This document shows, one piece after another, positions 8,408-17,754 of a stretch of DNA of 64,000 bases. The stretch is taken from contig JACQWY010000025.1 of assembly GCA_016209015.1 (NCBI GenBank), positions 3,747 through 67,746 of the forward strand, written 5' to 3'. Origin of the DNA: Gammaproteobacteria bacterium (lineage in GTDB: Bacteria > Pseudomonadota > Gammaproteobacteria > Ga0077536). The notes under the pieces are model-generated. The model did no database searches, was not told the origin of the DNA, and was given only the letters and a program-made list of their open reading frames with translations. Each line of letters starts with the position of its first letter. The first letter of the stretch is position 1. Both the position numbers and the translations under genes were made by a program.

Positions 8408-9024
8408 GGCTGCAGCCGCCGTTGGCCGCGCAGATCGACCGTATACCAGCGCAGCACGCACTCCGCGTGCAGCTTCGGCCGCGTCGGATCCGTGCTCTTC
8501 ACGCGCTCCTCGCGCAGGAGCTCGCAGCGCGTGACCGAGTAGAGCCCTTTCGCCGCGCGGTCGAGCTCGGCGAAGAGATTCACGAGATCGCCCTCGTGCA
8601 AAAGACCCAGCGCGAGATGCATGTCGCTGCCGTAGACGTTGAACGCGCCGAGCGGCAGCGGCGGCTCCGGCTCGACCACGGCCTGCCTGTCGAGCTTGTA
8701 CTCGAGCTCGGGGATCTTCACGCGCGTGCCCGCGGCGCGCAGCGCTTCGATCCAGTCGAGACGGTGCTCCGCGCCGATGATGCCCCGCTCGCTGAGCTCG
8801 CCGAACGCGGGATAGAACTCGGCGATGAGGCGCGCGTCGTCGTCGACGGAGAGGTACTTCCGGCTCGCGTCGCGGAAGCGGGCATGCGTGGCGCGGTACT
8901 CCGAGGCCATCTGCTTGCCGAAGAAACCGCTCGCGGCGACCATCATCACGGACAGCAGCACGCAGATCGCGAACACGCCGACCGTGCCGCGCAGGACGCC
9001 GAAATCAACCCGCCCTGGCGCCAT
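8404..9024 (-). CDS. Bitopic inner-membrane protein (206 aa), PilO/MshJ/GspM-like
   Basis: One N-terminal TM helix (VGVFAICVLLSVMMVAASGFF) followed by a periplasmic domain. The start was trimmed from the 300-aa ORF to the ATG at 9024, which overlaps the upstream gene by 20 nt. Confidence 0.45.
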   Translation of the reverse strand: MAPGRVDFGVLRGTVGVFAICVLLSVMMVAASGFFGKQMASEYRATHARFRDASRKYLSVDDDARLIAEFYPAFGELSERGIIGAEHRLDWIEALRAAGTRVKIPELEYKLDRQAVVEPEPPLPLGAFNVYGSDMHLALGLLHEGDLVNLFAELDRAAKGLYSVTRCELLREERVKSTDPTRPKLHAECVLRWYTVDLRGQRRLQP

Positions 9025-10618
9025 CGGCGACCCCCATGACGATGCGGAGCGTGAATTTCGCCTCGAACGTCGTCGTCTTCGCGATCGACGTGCCCGCGAC
9101 GTTCGCCTCCGGCCGGATGTCGAGCGGATAGGCGAGCACCTCGACGCGGATGACGTCCGGCGCGTTCCCGAGATCGGCGACGACCGCATCCACGCTCGCC
9201 ATCGCCGCACGATAATCCCCCTCGAACGGCGCGACGTGGCCTTCCAACGTCGCGATGTGGAAGCGCGCGATGCCCGGCGGGCGCGGCGGCGGCGGCGTCT
9301 TCGCATTGCGCGTGCGCTTCTGCGACTTCGCGGTCGTCGCCTCCGGATCCGCGCTGTCGAGCCACACCACCCTGTCGAGCACGAGATCGGGTGCGCGTTC
9401 GAGCGCCGCGCCGACCTGCTCGAACAGCGGCGTCGGCGCGCCCTTGCGGCGTTCGAGTGCCTTCACGAGCTCGACCGCGGTCTTCAGATCGCGTGCTTCC
9501 ACCGGCGTCGGCGGCAGCCCCTGGTGCGCCATCGCGTAGCGATCCTGGTAGAAGTTCACCTTCTGCGCGGCATCGAGCGATTGCCGCTTGTAGCTCACGC
9601 CCTCCAGGAAATTGAAGCCGCTCCAGCCGATGCTCGCGAGCAGCATGAGCACGCTCGCCATCTGCAGCCCGATGCGTGAGCGATAGAGCGTGTAATAGCG
9701 CGTCTCCTCCAGGCCCGCATAGTTCGGCTGGGTCGTCGCATCGAGCAGGAGCTGCACGAACACGCCATCGCTGTACGGCGTCGCCTGCTCGCCCGGCAGG
9801 TCCATCTCCACCGCGAGCCGCGAGACGTCGATGAGCTCGAAGTGCTCGGCCTCGCTGCTGCGGCATAGCGTGCGGAGATCGGACAGCATCTGGCCCTGGC
9901 TCAGGATGTAGATCTCGAGCGGGTGCTCGCGCGAAATGAGCGCGAGGCTGTTGAGATAGCGCCGGAGCTTGTCGAGCTCGCTCAGCACGTGCGCGGCATA
10001 GGGAATCGTGCCGGGGCGCGGCATCTGCGCGAGACGGCTGATCTTCAACTGCCCGTCGCGGAAGAACGTCTGCCTGAGCCCGCTCGCGCCCTGCACGCTG
10101 ATGAGCAGCACGTTCTGTCCTTTCGCGTGAATGCGCGGCAGGAGCTCGCGGCTCAGGATCGGCAGCGAGAAGATGCCGGCGATCGGGACCTTGTGCTCCT
10201 GCAGGAGCGCGACCCAGGGCTCGACGATCTCGGGCTTCGTCAGCGCGGTGAAGAGCACGCGGTCGTCCCGGCGGCCCTCGGGCTCGCGGCCCTGGTGCAG
10301 CGTGAGACAGTAGCGCGTGCCGCGGAACAGCCGCGCGTACTTGCGCTCCTGCACCGCACGACGGTCCGCGCCGAAGACGTGCGGCAGCGTGTCCTGGCGG
10401 TATTCCTCCTCGACGACGTCGACGAGCACGGCGAGCGGCGATTCCGCCGCGCCCGCGAGATAGCGGGAGAAGTTCGCGAGCCCGGCTTCGTCCGCGCCGA
10501 AGACGTAAGAGTTCGCGACCCGCCCGCCGCGGGCGAGATAGAGCGTCGCGCGATCGGCCGTCACGACGAGCGTGCGGCGGTCGGCGCGGCTAAATCTTAA
10601 TCTTCGTAAAGAGGTCAT
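9005..10618 (-). CDS. MshI/GspL-like assembly protein (537 aa: cytoplasmic domain, one TM, periplasmic domain)
   Basis: An N-terminal cytoplasmic region of about 310 aa, a single TM helix (MASVLMLLASIGWSGF) and a periplasmic C-terminus of about 210 aa. This architecture and position match a PilM-PilN fusion or GspL. Confidence 0.45.
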   Translation of the reverse strand: MTSLRRLRFSRADRRTLVVTADRATLYLARGGRVANSYVFGADEAGLANFSRYLAGAAESPLAVLVDVVEEEYRQDTLPHVFGADRRAVQERKYARLFRGTRYCLTLHQGREPEGRRDDRVLFTALTKPEIVEPWVALLQEHKVPIAGIFSLPILSRELLPRIHAKGQNVLLISVQGASGLRQTFFRDGQLKISRLAQMPRPGTIPYAAHVLSELDKLRRYLNSLALISREHPLEIYILSQGQMLSDLRTLCRSSEAEHFELIDVSRLAVEMDLPGEQATPYSDGVFVQLLLDATTQPNYAGLEETRYYTLYRSRIGLQMASVLMLLASIGWSGFNFLEGVSYKRQSLDAAQKVNFYQDRYAMAHQGLPPTPVEARDLKTAVELVKALERRKGAPTPLFEQVGAALERAPDLVLDRVVWLDSADPEATTAKSQKRTRNAKTPPPPRPPGIARFHIATLEGHVAPFEGDYRAAMASVDAVVADLGNAPDVIRVEVLAYPLDIRPEANVAGTSIAKTTTFEAKFTLRIVMGVADGARAG

Positions 10619-11795
10619 AGATCGGCCCGAGGACGGCGGCGATGATCCATAGCACGAGCGCGCCGAGCACGATGGTGAGCGCCGGCAGCAACAGCGTCTG
10701 CAGGCGCTCGACGGAATCGCGCACGTCGCGGGTGAAGAAATACGTCACGTTGTTCAGCGCCTCGTCGAGCGCGCCCGTATTCTCGCCGACGCGCAGCATG
10801 CGCACGACGAGCGGCGGGAAGAGCCCCGTCGCCGCGAAGCTCGCGCTGATGCCGCCGCCGTCGGCGATCATGCGGCCGGCGTCGCGCAGCGCGCGGCGCA
10901 CCGCCTGGTTGTCGGCGACTTCCTCGCCGCTGCGCATGCACTCGAGTACCGTGATACCCGAGGTGTACATGATGGAGAACACGAGGCAGACGCGGGTGAC
11001 GATGATCTTCTTCAGGATCGGGCCGTAGAGCGGGATCCTGAGCACGAAATCGTCGTAGCGCTGCACGAATCGCGGATTCACGCGCAGCAGCCCCCACACG
11101 CCGCCGGCCGTGAGCAGCGGCAGCCCGAGGAAGAGATACCACCATTTCGAGAAGAAGCCCGAGATCGCGATCAGCGCGCGGGTCTGCAGCGGCAGCGTCT
11201 GGCCCATCGTGCGCAGGAACGTGATGAGCTGGGGCACGACGTAGAGCATGAGAAAGAACACGACGCAGGTCACCACGACGCCTACGACCGCCGGATAGAA
11301 CAGCAGGCGCTTCGTATGCGCCGCCTGCTCGTCCTGCCACTTCAGGTTCTCGATGATCTTCTGCAGCACCTCCGAGAGCCGGCCGCTCTGCTCGCCGGCG
11401 CGGATGAGGCTCACGAACACCGAGCTGAAGACGAGCGGAAAATCCGCCATCGCGCCCGAGAGATTCTTGCCGCCCTCGATGGATTCGATCATCGCCGCCG
11501 TCACTTCGCGCAGCCGGCGGTGATCGATCGTGTCGCGCAGATCAGCGAGGCCTTCGAGTATCGGCACGCCCGAGCGCACGAGATGCTCCAGATGGAAGCA
11601 GAACGTGATGATATCGACGCGCTTGATGCCATGCCCCGCCGCCCGCACGTTCTTCGATTTCAGCTCGCGGAAATTGATCAGATCGAGTCCCATGCGCGAG
11701 AGGCGGACTTCGAGATCCGCCGGATTGATGGCGTCGACCTTGCCCTGCATGATGCGGCCGCGGGCGTTCATGGCCTTGTAGCGGTAGACCTCCAT
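10590..11795 (-). CDS. Type II secretion / type IV pilus platform protein (GspF/PilC/MshG family), 401 aa
   Basis: T2SSF-type repeats (SRMGLDLINFRELK..., GEQSGRLSEVLQKI, GENTGALDEALNNV) and three TM segments. The start was trimmed to the ATG at 11795, which overlaps the GspE stop (ATGA). Confidence 0.8.
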   Translation of the reverse strand: MEVYRYKAMNARGRIMQGKVDAINPADLEVRLSRMGLDLINFRELKSKNVRAAGHGIKRVDIITFCFHLEHLVRSGVPILEGLADLRDTIDHRRLREVTAAMIESIEGGKNLSGAMADFPLVFSSVFVSLIRAGEQSGRLSEVLQKIIENLKWQDEQAAHTKRLLFYPAVVGVVVTCVVFFLMLYVVPQLITFLRTMGQTLPLQTRALIAISGFFSKWWYLFLGLPLLTAGGVWGLLRVNPRFVQRYDDFVLRIPLYGPILKKIIVTRVCLVFSIMYTSGITVLECMRSGEEVADNQAVRRALRDAGRMIADGGGISASFAATGLFPPLVVRMLRVGENTGALDEALNNVTYFFTRDVRDSVERLQTLLLPALTIVLGALVLWIIAAVLGPIYDLFTKIKI

Positions 11796-13501
11796 CAGCC
11801 GATGCGATCCGTGAGGTCGACGACGCGCGCAATCTCGTCGATCGTCGTGATGCCCTCGAGCACGCGCTGGATCGCGACTTCGGCGAGCGGCCGGAAATGG
11901 CGGGCCACGGCCGCCGCCGTCAGCTCGCGCTGCGAGGAGCCGCGCGCGATCAGCTCGTCCATCTCGCGATCGAACTTGAGGAGCTCCATCACCGCCGTGC
12001 GGCCGCGATAGCCCTGGTGGTCGGCGTGGCGGAACGGCTCGGCGACGCGGTGGATCATGCGCGGATCGCCCGCGCCGATGCCGAGGATGTGGCGCTCGAT
12101 GTCGCCCGGCGCATAGGCCTCGCGGCACTCCTCGCGCAGCTTGCGCACGAGGCGCTGAGCGAGGATGCCGATGACGTTGCCGGCCATGATTTCGGGCCGG
12201 ATCTTCATGTCGATGAGGCGCGGGATCGAGCCGAGCGCGGAGTTCGCGTGCAGCGTCGAGAACACCTGGTGGCCGGTCATCGCCGCACGGAACGCCATCG
12301 CGGCCGTGTCCTCGTCGCGGATTTCGCCGACGAGGATGATGTCCGGATCCTGGCGCAGCATGGAGCGCACGCCGCTCGCGAAGTCGAGCCGCACGGCCTC
12401 GTTGATCGAGGTCTGGCGGATCATCCCCATCGGATATTCGACCGGATCCTCGAGGGTCATGATGTTGACCGACTCGGTGTTGAGATGATTCAAGAGACTG
12501 TAGAGCGTCGTCGTCTTGCCGCTGCCGGTCGGTCCGGTGACGAGGAGCAGACCCTCCGGCCGCGCCACCATGAGCTTCAGCAGATGCAGCACGTCCGCCT
12601 CGAGACCGAGATCCTCGATCGGCACGATGCCCTTCTGGCGGTCGAGCACGCGCAGCACGATGTTCTCGCCGTGCACCGTCGGGATCGTCGAAACGCGGAA
12701 GTCGATTGCGCGGCCCGACAGCGAGAGCGTGATGCGGCCGTCCTGCGGCGCACGCGTTTCCGCGATGTCCATGCCGGACATGACTTTCAGGCGCACCGCG
12801 ATCGCCGACCAGTAGTTCTTGTGGAGACTCCGCACCTGACGCAGCACGCCGTCAATGCGGTAGCGGAAGCGGAGAAAACCTTCCTCGGGCTCGAAGTGGA
12901 TGTCCGAGGCACCGCGCTTCACGGCGTCGGAGAGCAGCGCGTTGACGAGGCGGACGACCGGCTGGCTGTATTCCTGGTTGTCGGCGTCGAGCGATTCGTA
13001 ATCGATCTCGCCCGTCTCGATCTCCTGCAGGATGCCGTCGACCGAGAGCTCGAAGCCGTAGAACTGATCGATCGCCTTCTCGATCTCGGCCTCGACCGCC
13101 ATCAGCGGCACGATCTCGATGTCCGCGCCGATGAGCGCCGTGACCTGGTCGAGCGCGACGACGTTGAACGTGTCGGCCATCGCGATCGTCAGGCGATTGC
13201 GCAGCGCCTCGAACGTCAGCGGCAGGATGTGGAAGCGGCGCGCGAGATCCTTCGGGATGAGCTTGATCGCCTCGCTGTCGACGACGACCTTCGCGAGATC
13301 GGCCTTCTGCTGGCCGAGCGCGCCGCCGAGCACGTCGAGGATGATCGCCTCCGTCGCGAAGCCGAGGCGGACGAGGATCTTGCCGAGGTGCTCGCGGTTC
13401 TTCTTCTGCTCGATGAGCGCGATGCGCACCTGGTCCGGGCTCACCACGCCTTTCTGCACGAGCAGCTCGCCGATGCGCAGCGATTTCTTCGCGAGACTCA
13501 T
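11795..13501 (-). CDS. GspE/PilB/MshE-family secretion ATPase with an N-terminal GspE_N domain, 568 aa
   Basis: Walker A is LLVTGPTGSGKTTTLYSLL. Asp and His boxes and the tetracysteine-less MshE/GspE layout are present. The start was trimmed from the 647-aa ORF to the ATG at 13501. Confidence 0.85.
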   Translation of the reverse strand: MSLAKKSLRIGELLVQKGVVSPDQVRIALIEQKKNREHLGKILVRLGFATEAIILDVLGGALGQQKADLAKVVVDSEAIKLIPKDLARRFHILPLTFEALRNRLTIAMADTFNVVALDQVTALIGADIEIVPLMAVEAEIEKAIDQFYGFELSVDGILQEIETGEIDYESLDADNQEYSQPVVRLVNALLSDAVKRGASDIHFEPEEGFLRFRYRIDGVLRQVRSLHKNYWSAIAVRLKVMSGMDIAETRAPQDGRITLSLSGRAIDFRVSTIPTVHGENIVLRVLDRQKGIVPIEDLGLEADVLHLLKLMVARPEGLLLVTGPTGSGKTTTLYSLLNHLNTESVNIMTLEDPVEYPMGMIRQTSINEAVRLDFASGVRSMLRQDPDIILVGEIRDEDTAAMAFRAAMTGHQVFSTLHANSALGSIPRLIDMKIRPEIMAGNVIGILAQRLVRKLREECREAYAPGDIERHILGIGAGDPRMIHRVAEPFRHADHQGYRGRTAVMELLKFDREMDELIARGSSQRELTAAAVARHFRPLAEVAIQRVLEGITTIDEIARVVDLTDRIG

Positions 13502-13523
13502 GGGCGGCGGGCGGGCGCGCGGC

Positions 13524-14930
13524 TCACTCGGCGCGGCCGAGCGCCTCGACGCGGGCGGCGAGCTGCGCGCGAGCGAAGGCGCCGTGCCCGCCGGCATCGA
13601 CGAGCTCGAGCGCCTTGCGATAGTAGTCGAGTGCGGCCGCGCGCTGACCGAGGCGATCGAGGCTGACGCCGAGGTTGTAGGCGTAATCGGCGTTCCCGTG
13701 ATTGCGGCTGTAGGCCTCGAAGTAGCTCTGCTGGGCATCGGCCCAGCGCCCTTCGCGGGCGTAATAGTTGCCGAGCGCGAAATGCACCGGCGGCTTGTCG
13801 GTGCCGCGATCGAGCAGGAGCTTCAACTGCGCTTCCGTGACCTGCGTGCCCGCGCCGCCCTCGATCATGAACAGCGCGGCGGCCGCCGCGGCGTTGTCGG
13901 GATCGAGCTTGCGCACGCGTGCGTACTCGGCATGCGCGAGCTCGGGCTTGCCGGCGCGCAGATGAATCGCCCCGAGGCCGAGCAGCGCGTCCTTCTGATC
14001 GGCGCGCTTCGCGAGCACCTCGCGGTAGAGGCGTTCGGCTTCCGCGTCGTGGCCCGCGGCGTAGGCCGCGTAGGCGCGCTTCAGCGTCGCGTCGAGCTCG
14101 GCGGCGCGCGGCTTCGTGCGCGCGATGCGCACTTCCCCGCCGGCGATCTCCGCGTCCGGGTCGAGCGCCGGCACTTTCGGGGTCGCGGCCGGCTTCGGCG
14201 TCGCGGGCTTCGCTTTCGGCGTCTCCTCGATCGCGGCCGCGGCCGCGATGGCGGCGGCAAGTGCATCCTCGGTCACGGGCTTCGCGGTCGCCTCGACGGG
14301 CGCCGCCACGGGCGACGGTGTCGGCACGACTGCGGCGGGGCCCGGAGCCGGCGCGGGCGCCGGTCGCGGCGACGCGGGGCGCGGCTTCTCCACCGCATTC
14401 GCGACGAGCGGCGAAGGCACGGGCTTCACGACCGGCGTCTTCTGCAGATAGAAGAAGCCCGCGGCGGCGAGCCCGACCGCGAGCACGACCGTCATGACGA
14501 TCGTCGCCCCGAGGATCCAGTTGGTCGTCGCACGGCCGCCCGCGTCGAACACCGTTTGCGCGTTCACGACGGTCTGCCCGAGCGCCTGCGCGAGGTTGTC
14601 GCGCGTCGAGCTCGCGAACGGCGGGCGCGTGCGCAGGAAGTCGGCGGGCTCGGGATCGTCGAAGTAGTCCTCGAGCTTCGGCAGCTCGTCGAGCGGGACG
14701 GCGGTCGTGGTCGTGGTCGTCTCGCTGATCTGGGCGGACGGCTGCATGGGCTCGAGGCTCAACTGCTCGCGCGAATCCTCGAGCGGCGTCCCGGCCGGGG
14801 GCGTCGGCGGCGGCACGGCGAATTCGCGCGTGTCGTCGAGCTGGCGGCGGACCTCGGGCGACAGCGGCTCGCCGGCCGCGAGCTTCTTCTCGGCCTCGGC
14901 CTTGCGCAGGGCGTCCATGAGCAGGCTCAT
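13524..14930 (-). CDS. TPR-repeat membrane-anchored protein (MshN-like), 468 aa
   Basis: A Pro/Ala-rich linker, one TM helix (ATIVMTVVLAVGLAAAGFFYL) and C-terminal TPR repeats (LGNYYAREGRW..., YNLGVSLDRLGQ...). Confidence 0.6.
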   Translation of the reverse strand: MSLLMDALRKAEAEKKLAAGEPLSPEVRRQLDDTREFAVPPPTPPAGTPLEDSREQLSLEPMQPSAQISETTTTTTAVPLDELPKLEDYFDDPEPADFLRTRPPFASSTRDNLAQALGQTVVNAQTVFDAGGRATTNWILGATIVMTVVLAVGLAAAGFFYLQKTPVVKPVPSPLVANAVEKPRPASPRPAPAPAPGPAAVVPTPSPVAAPVEATAKPVTEDALAAAIAAAAAIEETPKAKPATPKPAATPKVPALDPDAEIAGGEVRIARTKPRAAELDATLKRAYAAYAAGHDAEAERLYREVLAKRADQKDALLGLGAIHLRAGKPELAHAEYARVRKLDPDNAAAAAALFMIEGGAGTQVTEAQLKLLLDRGTDKPPVHFALGNYYAREGRWADAQQSYFEAYSRNHGNADYAYNLGVSLDRLGQRAAALDYYRKALELVDAGGHGAFARAQLAARVEALGRAE

Positions 14931-14955
14931 GCGCGCGGGTTCCGCATCGCGTGCG

Positions 14956-16647
14956 TCATTGCGCCTGCGCGCCCGGGCCCTGGCCCAGGTACTGGCGATA
15001 GTCCTTGAGATCCGTATCGACGTTCGGGTCCGTCACGACCACGGGTCTCAGGAACACGACGAGCTCGGTCTTCTGGTTGTTCGCCTCGCGGGTGTGGAAG
15101 AACGCGTTGCCGATGATCGGCAGCTTCGCGAGCCCCGGCACCTCCCGGTGGCCGCCGCGCAGGTCGTCCTGCATGAGTCCGCCGAGGACGCCGATCTGGC
15201 CGTTGACGAGCTTGAGCACGGATTCCATCTCGCGTACGCGGATGACGGGCACGGTGCTCGTGATCTGACTCGCATTGCCGCCGAGCACCTGCCCTGCGAG
15301 CTGCACGCCGGGATCGACGGCGTCGCCGATCTTCTGCGAAATCGTCGGCCGCACGGTGAGCGTGACCTCCTTGTTCTGGGAGATCTGCGGCGTGACCGCC
15401 ATGACGAGACCGACCGGCACGGAGTGGACCTGCGACTGGATGAACGTCCGGCCCTGGGCGTTCTGCGTCGCGTCCTTGTCGGTGACGTCGACGGTGAAGT
15501 AGACGAGCTCCTCGACGACCTTCAGCACCGCGGTCTGGTTGTTCAGCACCATCAGACGCGGACTCGACAGCACGCGCGTGTCGCCGAACTCGCGCAACAG
15601 ACGCAGCGTCGCCGAGAGCGCCTTGCCGCTCGCGTCCGGATCGCTGTAGCCGAGCACGAAGGAGGAGATGTTGTTGTCGATGACGCCGTCGGTGATCGCG
15701 CCGAGCATTTTCTGGTTGAACGTGAAGCCGGCCTTGCCGGCGTTCAGCAGCATGCTCCAGTCGACGCCTGCCTGGAACTGATCGGAGAGCGTGACCTCGA
15801 CGATCGTCGCCTCGATCATGACCTGCCGGCGCGCGTTGACGAGCACGCGATCGATGTACTCCTGGATCTGCTGGTGCTGCTTGCTCGTCGCCTTCACCGA
15901 CAGTACGCCAGCCTCCGCGTTCACGATCACGTTGTCGCTGAGCCCCTTTTCGCCGCGCGCGGCGCCGCCCTTGCCCTCGCCGAGGATCGCGATGATGTTC
16001 TCGGTGAGCGTCTGCCAGAAGCGGTTGTAGGATTTCGAGTTGAGCGCGGTCGAGGAGCTGTTGCTGCCGGCGCCGGTGCTCGACGAGGAGCTGCCCGACG
16101 AGCCGCCCGAGCTCTCGGCGTTGCTCTCGCCCGTCGTCGCGACGCGCGTCGCGACGTTGACCTTCGTGTCGACGTCGCGCGAAAGATTCACGTAGCCGAC
16201 TTCGTAGCTCCGCAGATAGGGCGAGTCCGGTGTGACGACGATCGTGTCGCCCTCGAGCGTATAGCGCAGCTCGACCTGCCGTGCGACGCGCTCGAGGATC
16301 TGCTGCAAGGTCTGATCGATGGCATTCAGCGTCACCTTGCCGGCGATCTCGCCCTTGATGTCGACGTTCAGCTTCGCGTCGCGCGCGAGCGCGAACAAGA
16401 GCTCGCGCACCGGCACGTCGTTCACGACGACGGTGTAGCGCTCGCCCTCCTTCACGGGCTCGGGCGGCGGCAGGTAGGAGCTCTGGGCGACGACGTCCGG
16501 GATGGGCGCGGCCGGCGCGGGGGCTGCGCTCTTGTCGAGATGGCCCGGCGAGGGCTCGGTCTTCGGCGGCACGATCGTCGCGCAGCCGGCCGCGATCCCG
16601 ACGAGGATCGCGAGCGCGAAGCCGCGGCAGCGGGCCGGCACGATCAT
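14956..16647 (-). CDS. Secretin (MshL/PilQ/GspD family) lipoprotein, 563 aa
   Basis: A lipoprotein signal MIVPARCRGFALAILVGIAAGC. The C-terminal secretin domain reads VPVIRVREMESVLKLVNGQIGVLGGLMQDD...VPGLAKLPIIGNAFF...ELVVFLRPVVV. The 872-aa ORF was trimmed; the real ATG at 16647 overlaps the stop of the ExeA-like gene (ATGA). Confidence 0.8.
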   Translation of the reverse strand: MIVPARCRGFALAILVGIAAGCATIVPPKTEPSPGHLDKSAAPAPAAPIPDVVAQSSYLPPPEPVKEGERYTVVVNDVPVRELLFALARDAKLNVDIKGEIAGKVTLNAIDQTLQQILERVARQVELRYTLEGDTIVVTPDSPYLRSYEVGYVNLSRDVDTKVNVATRVATTGESNAESSGGSSGSSSSSTGAGSNSSSTALNSKSYNRFWQTLTENIIAILGEGKGGAARGEKGLSDNVIVNAEAGVLSVKATSKQHQQIQEYIDRVLVNARRQVMIEATIVEVTLSDQFQAGVDWSMLLNAGKAGFTFNQKMLGAITDGVIDNNISSFVLGYSDPDASGKALSATLRLLREFGDTRVLSSPRLMVLNNQTAVLKVVEELVYFTVDVTDKDATQNAQGRTFIQSQVHSVPVGLVMAVTPQISQNKEVTLTVRPTISQKIGDAVDPGVQLAGQVLGGNASQITSTVPVIRVREMESVLKLVNGQIGVLGGLMQDDLRGGHREVPGLAKLPIIGNAFFHTREANNQKTELVVFLRPVVVTDPNVDTDLKDYRQYLGQGPGAQAQ

Positions 16648-17750
16648 GGACGGCTCCCGGCACCGAGCTCGAAGGCCGCGGGCGGCGGCGCGATGCCCTC
16701 GTCCGCGACGAGGCCCGGCCCGTCTCCGCTCGTCGCGAGCGCCGCCGACATCTCGGTCAGGTCGCCATAGCCGAGTGCCGGCAGCGCCGGGCGCGGCGCC
16801 TGCTCGCCGAGTGCCGCCGGGTCCTTCAGCGCGCGGTGCGGACCCGGGTTGCCGGCCGCCCCGTGATACCAGGCCGCGAACGCGCCGATCGCGAGCAGCG
16901 TGCAGGCGGCGAGCGCGGTGACCGGCCGCGACACCACGGGCAGCACGTATTCCGAATCGCGCGCCGCCAGGCGCACGTGGCGCGTCTTCACGGCGCCTTC
17001 TCCTTTCGCATAGGCCGCGAGCAGCGCCTTGTCGGCGAGCACGTTCACGCGGCGCACGAGGCCGCCGGAGCAGCGCGTGAGCTCGCGGATCGCCGCGCGC
17101 GAGAACAGCTCGCGGCCGCGGTAGCCGCTCGCATGGATGCGGGCGAGGAGATAGTCGCGGATTTCCATCGTCGTGAACGGCTCGAGCCTGAACGTGTAGG
17201 TGATGCGCTCCTTCAACTGCCGGATCTCGTGGGCGGCGAGCTTCTGGTCGAGCTCGGGCTGACCGAACATCACGATCTGCAACAGCTTGTCCTGGCTCGT
17301 CTCGAGGTTGCTCAAGAGCCTGATCTCCTCCAGCGTCTCGAGCGGCATGCCTTGCGCCTCCTCGATGAAGACGACGACACGGCGGTTGTCGGCGTGGCGC
17401 TTCAGGAGATGATCGTGGAGCCCGTGCATCACTTCGAGCTTCGTCGCGCCGCGCGGCAGCTCGAGACGGAGCTCGGCGGCGATCGCCCCCGGCACTTCGT
17501 CCGGCGCCAGGCGCGGATTCGCGAGGTAGACGATCTCGCAGTCCTGGGGCAGCTCGCGCTCGAGCATGCGGCACAGCATCGTCTTGCCGCTGCCGACCTC
17601 GCCGACGACTTTCACGATGCCCTCGCCGCGGGCCACCGCGTAGACCAGCGCATCGAGCACCGCGCCGCGGTTCGCGCCCGGGAAGAACAGCTCGGGATCG
17701 GGGGTGATGCGGAAGGGCGACTTCTCGAAACCGAAGTGGTGACAGTACAT
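16644..17750 (-). CDS. ExeA/GspA/MshM-like AAA+ ATPase (PEP-CTERM-locus secretion ATPase type), 368 aa
   Basis: A Walker A motif (VGEVGSGKTMLCRML), a Walker B-like motif (VVVFIEEAQ) and a C-terminal TM helix. It begins 4 nt after the prsR stop. Confidence 0.7.
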   Translation of the reverse strand: MYCHHFGFEKSPFRITPDPELFFPGANRGAVLDALVYAVARGEGIVKVVGEVGSGKTMLCRMLERELPQDCEIVYLANPRLAPDEVPGAIAAELRLELPRGATKLEVMHGLHDHLLKRHADNRRVVVFIEEAQGMPLETLEEIRLLSNLETSQDKLLQIVMFGQPELDQKLAAHEIRQLKERITYTFRLEPFTTMEIRDYLLARIHASGYRGRELFSRAAIRELTRCSGGLVRRVNVLADKALLAAYAKGEGAVKTRHVRLAARDSEYVLPVVSRPVTALAACTLLAIGAFAAWYHGAAGNPGPHRALKDPAALGEQAPRPALPALGYGDLTEMSAALATSGDGPGLVADEGIAPPPAAFELGAGSRP

Positions 17751-17754
17751 GTCC

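Noticed and set aside
8422-9039. Plus-strand ORFs overlapping the pilus operon (8422..9039, 8825..9679, 9923..10600, 17749..19383, 18548..20128)
   Set aside because: They are antisense to strongly supported minus-strand genes and have low-complexity translations.
14956-17574. 872-aa secretin ORF as listed. The same issue affects 53737..56646, 57596..59473, 49782..51626, 51757..53481, 20261..23239, 23413..26646, 29012..30676, 39625..40992, 60027..61433 and 61214..63229.
   Set aside because: The N-terminal extensions overlap the preceding real gene or consist of Arg-rich junk. These were trimmed to internal ATG or GTG codons that restore signal peptides, conserved N-termini or 4-nt stop/start overlaps.
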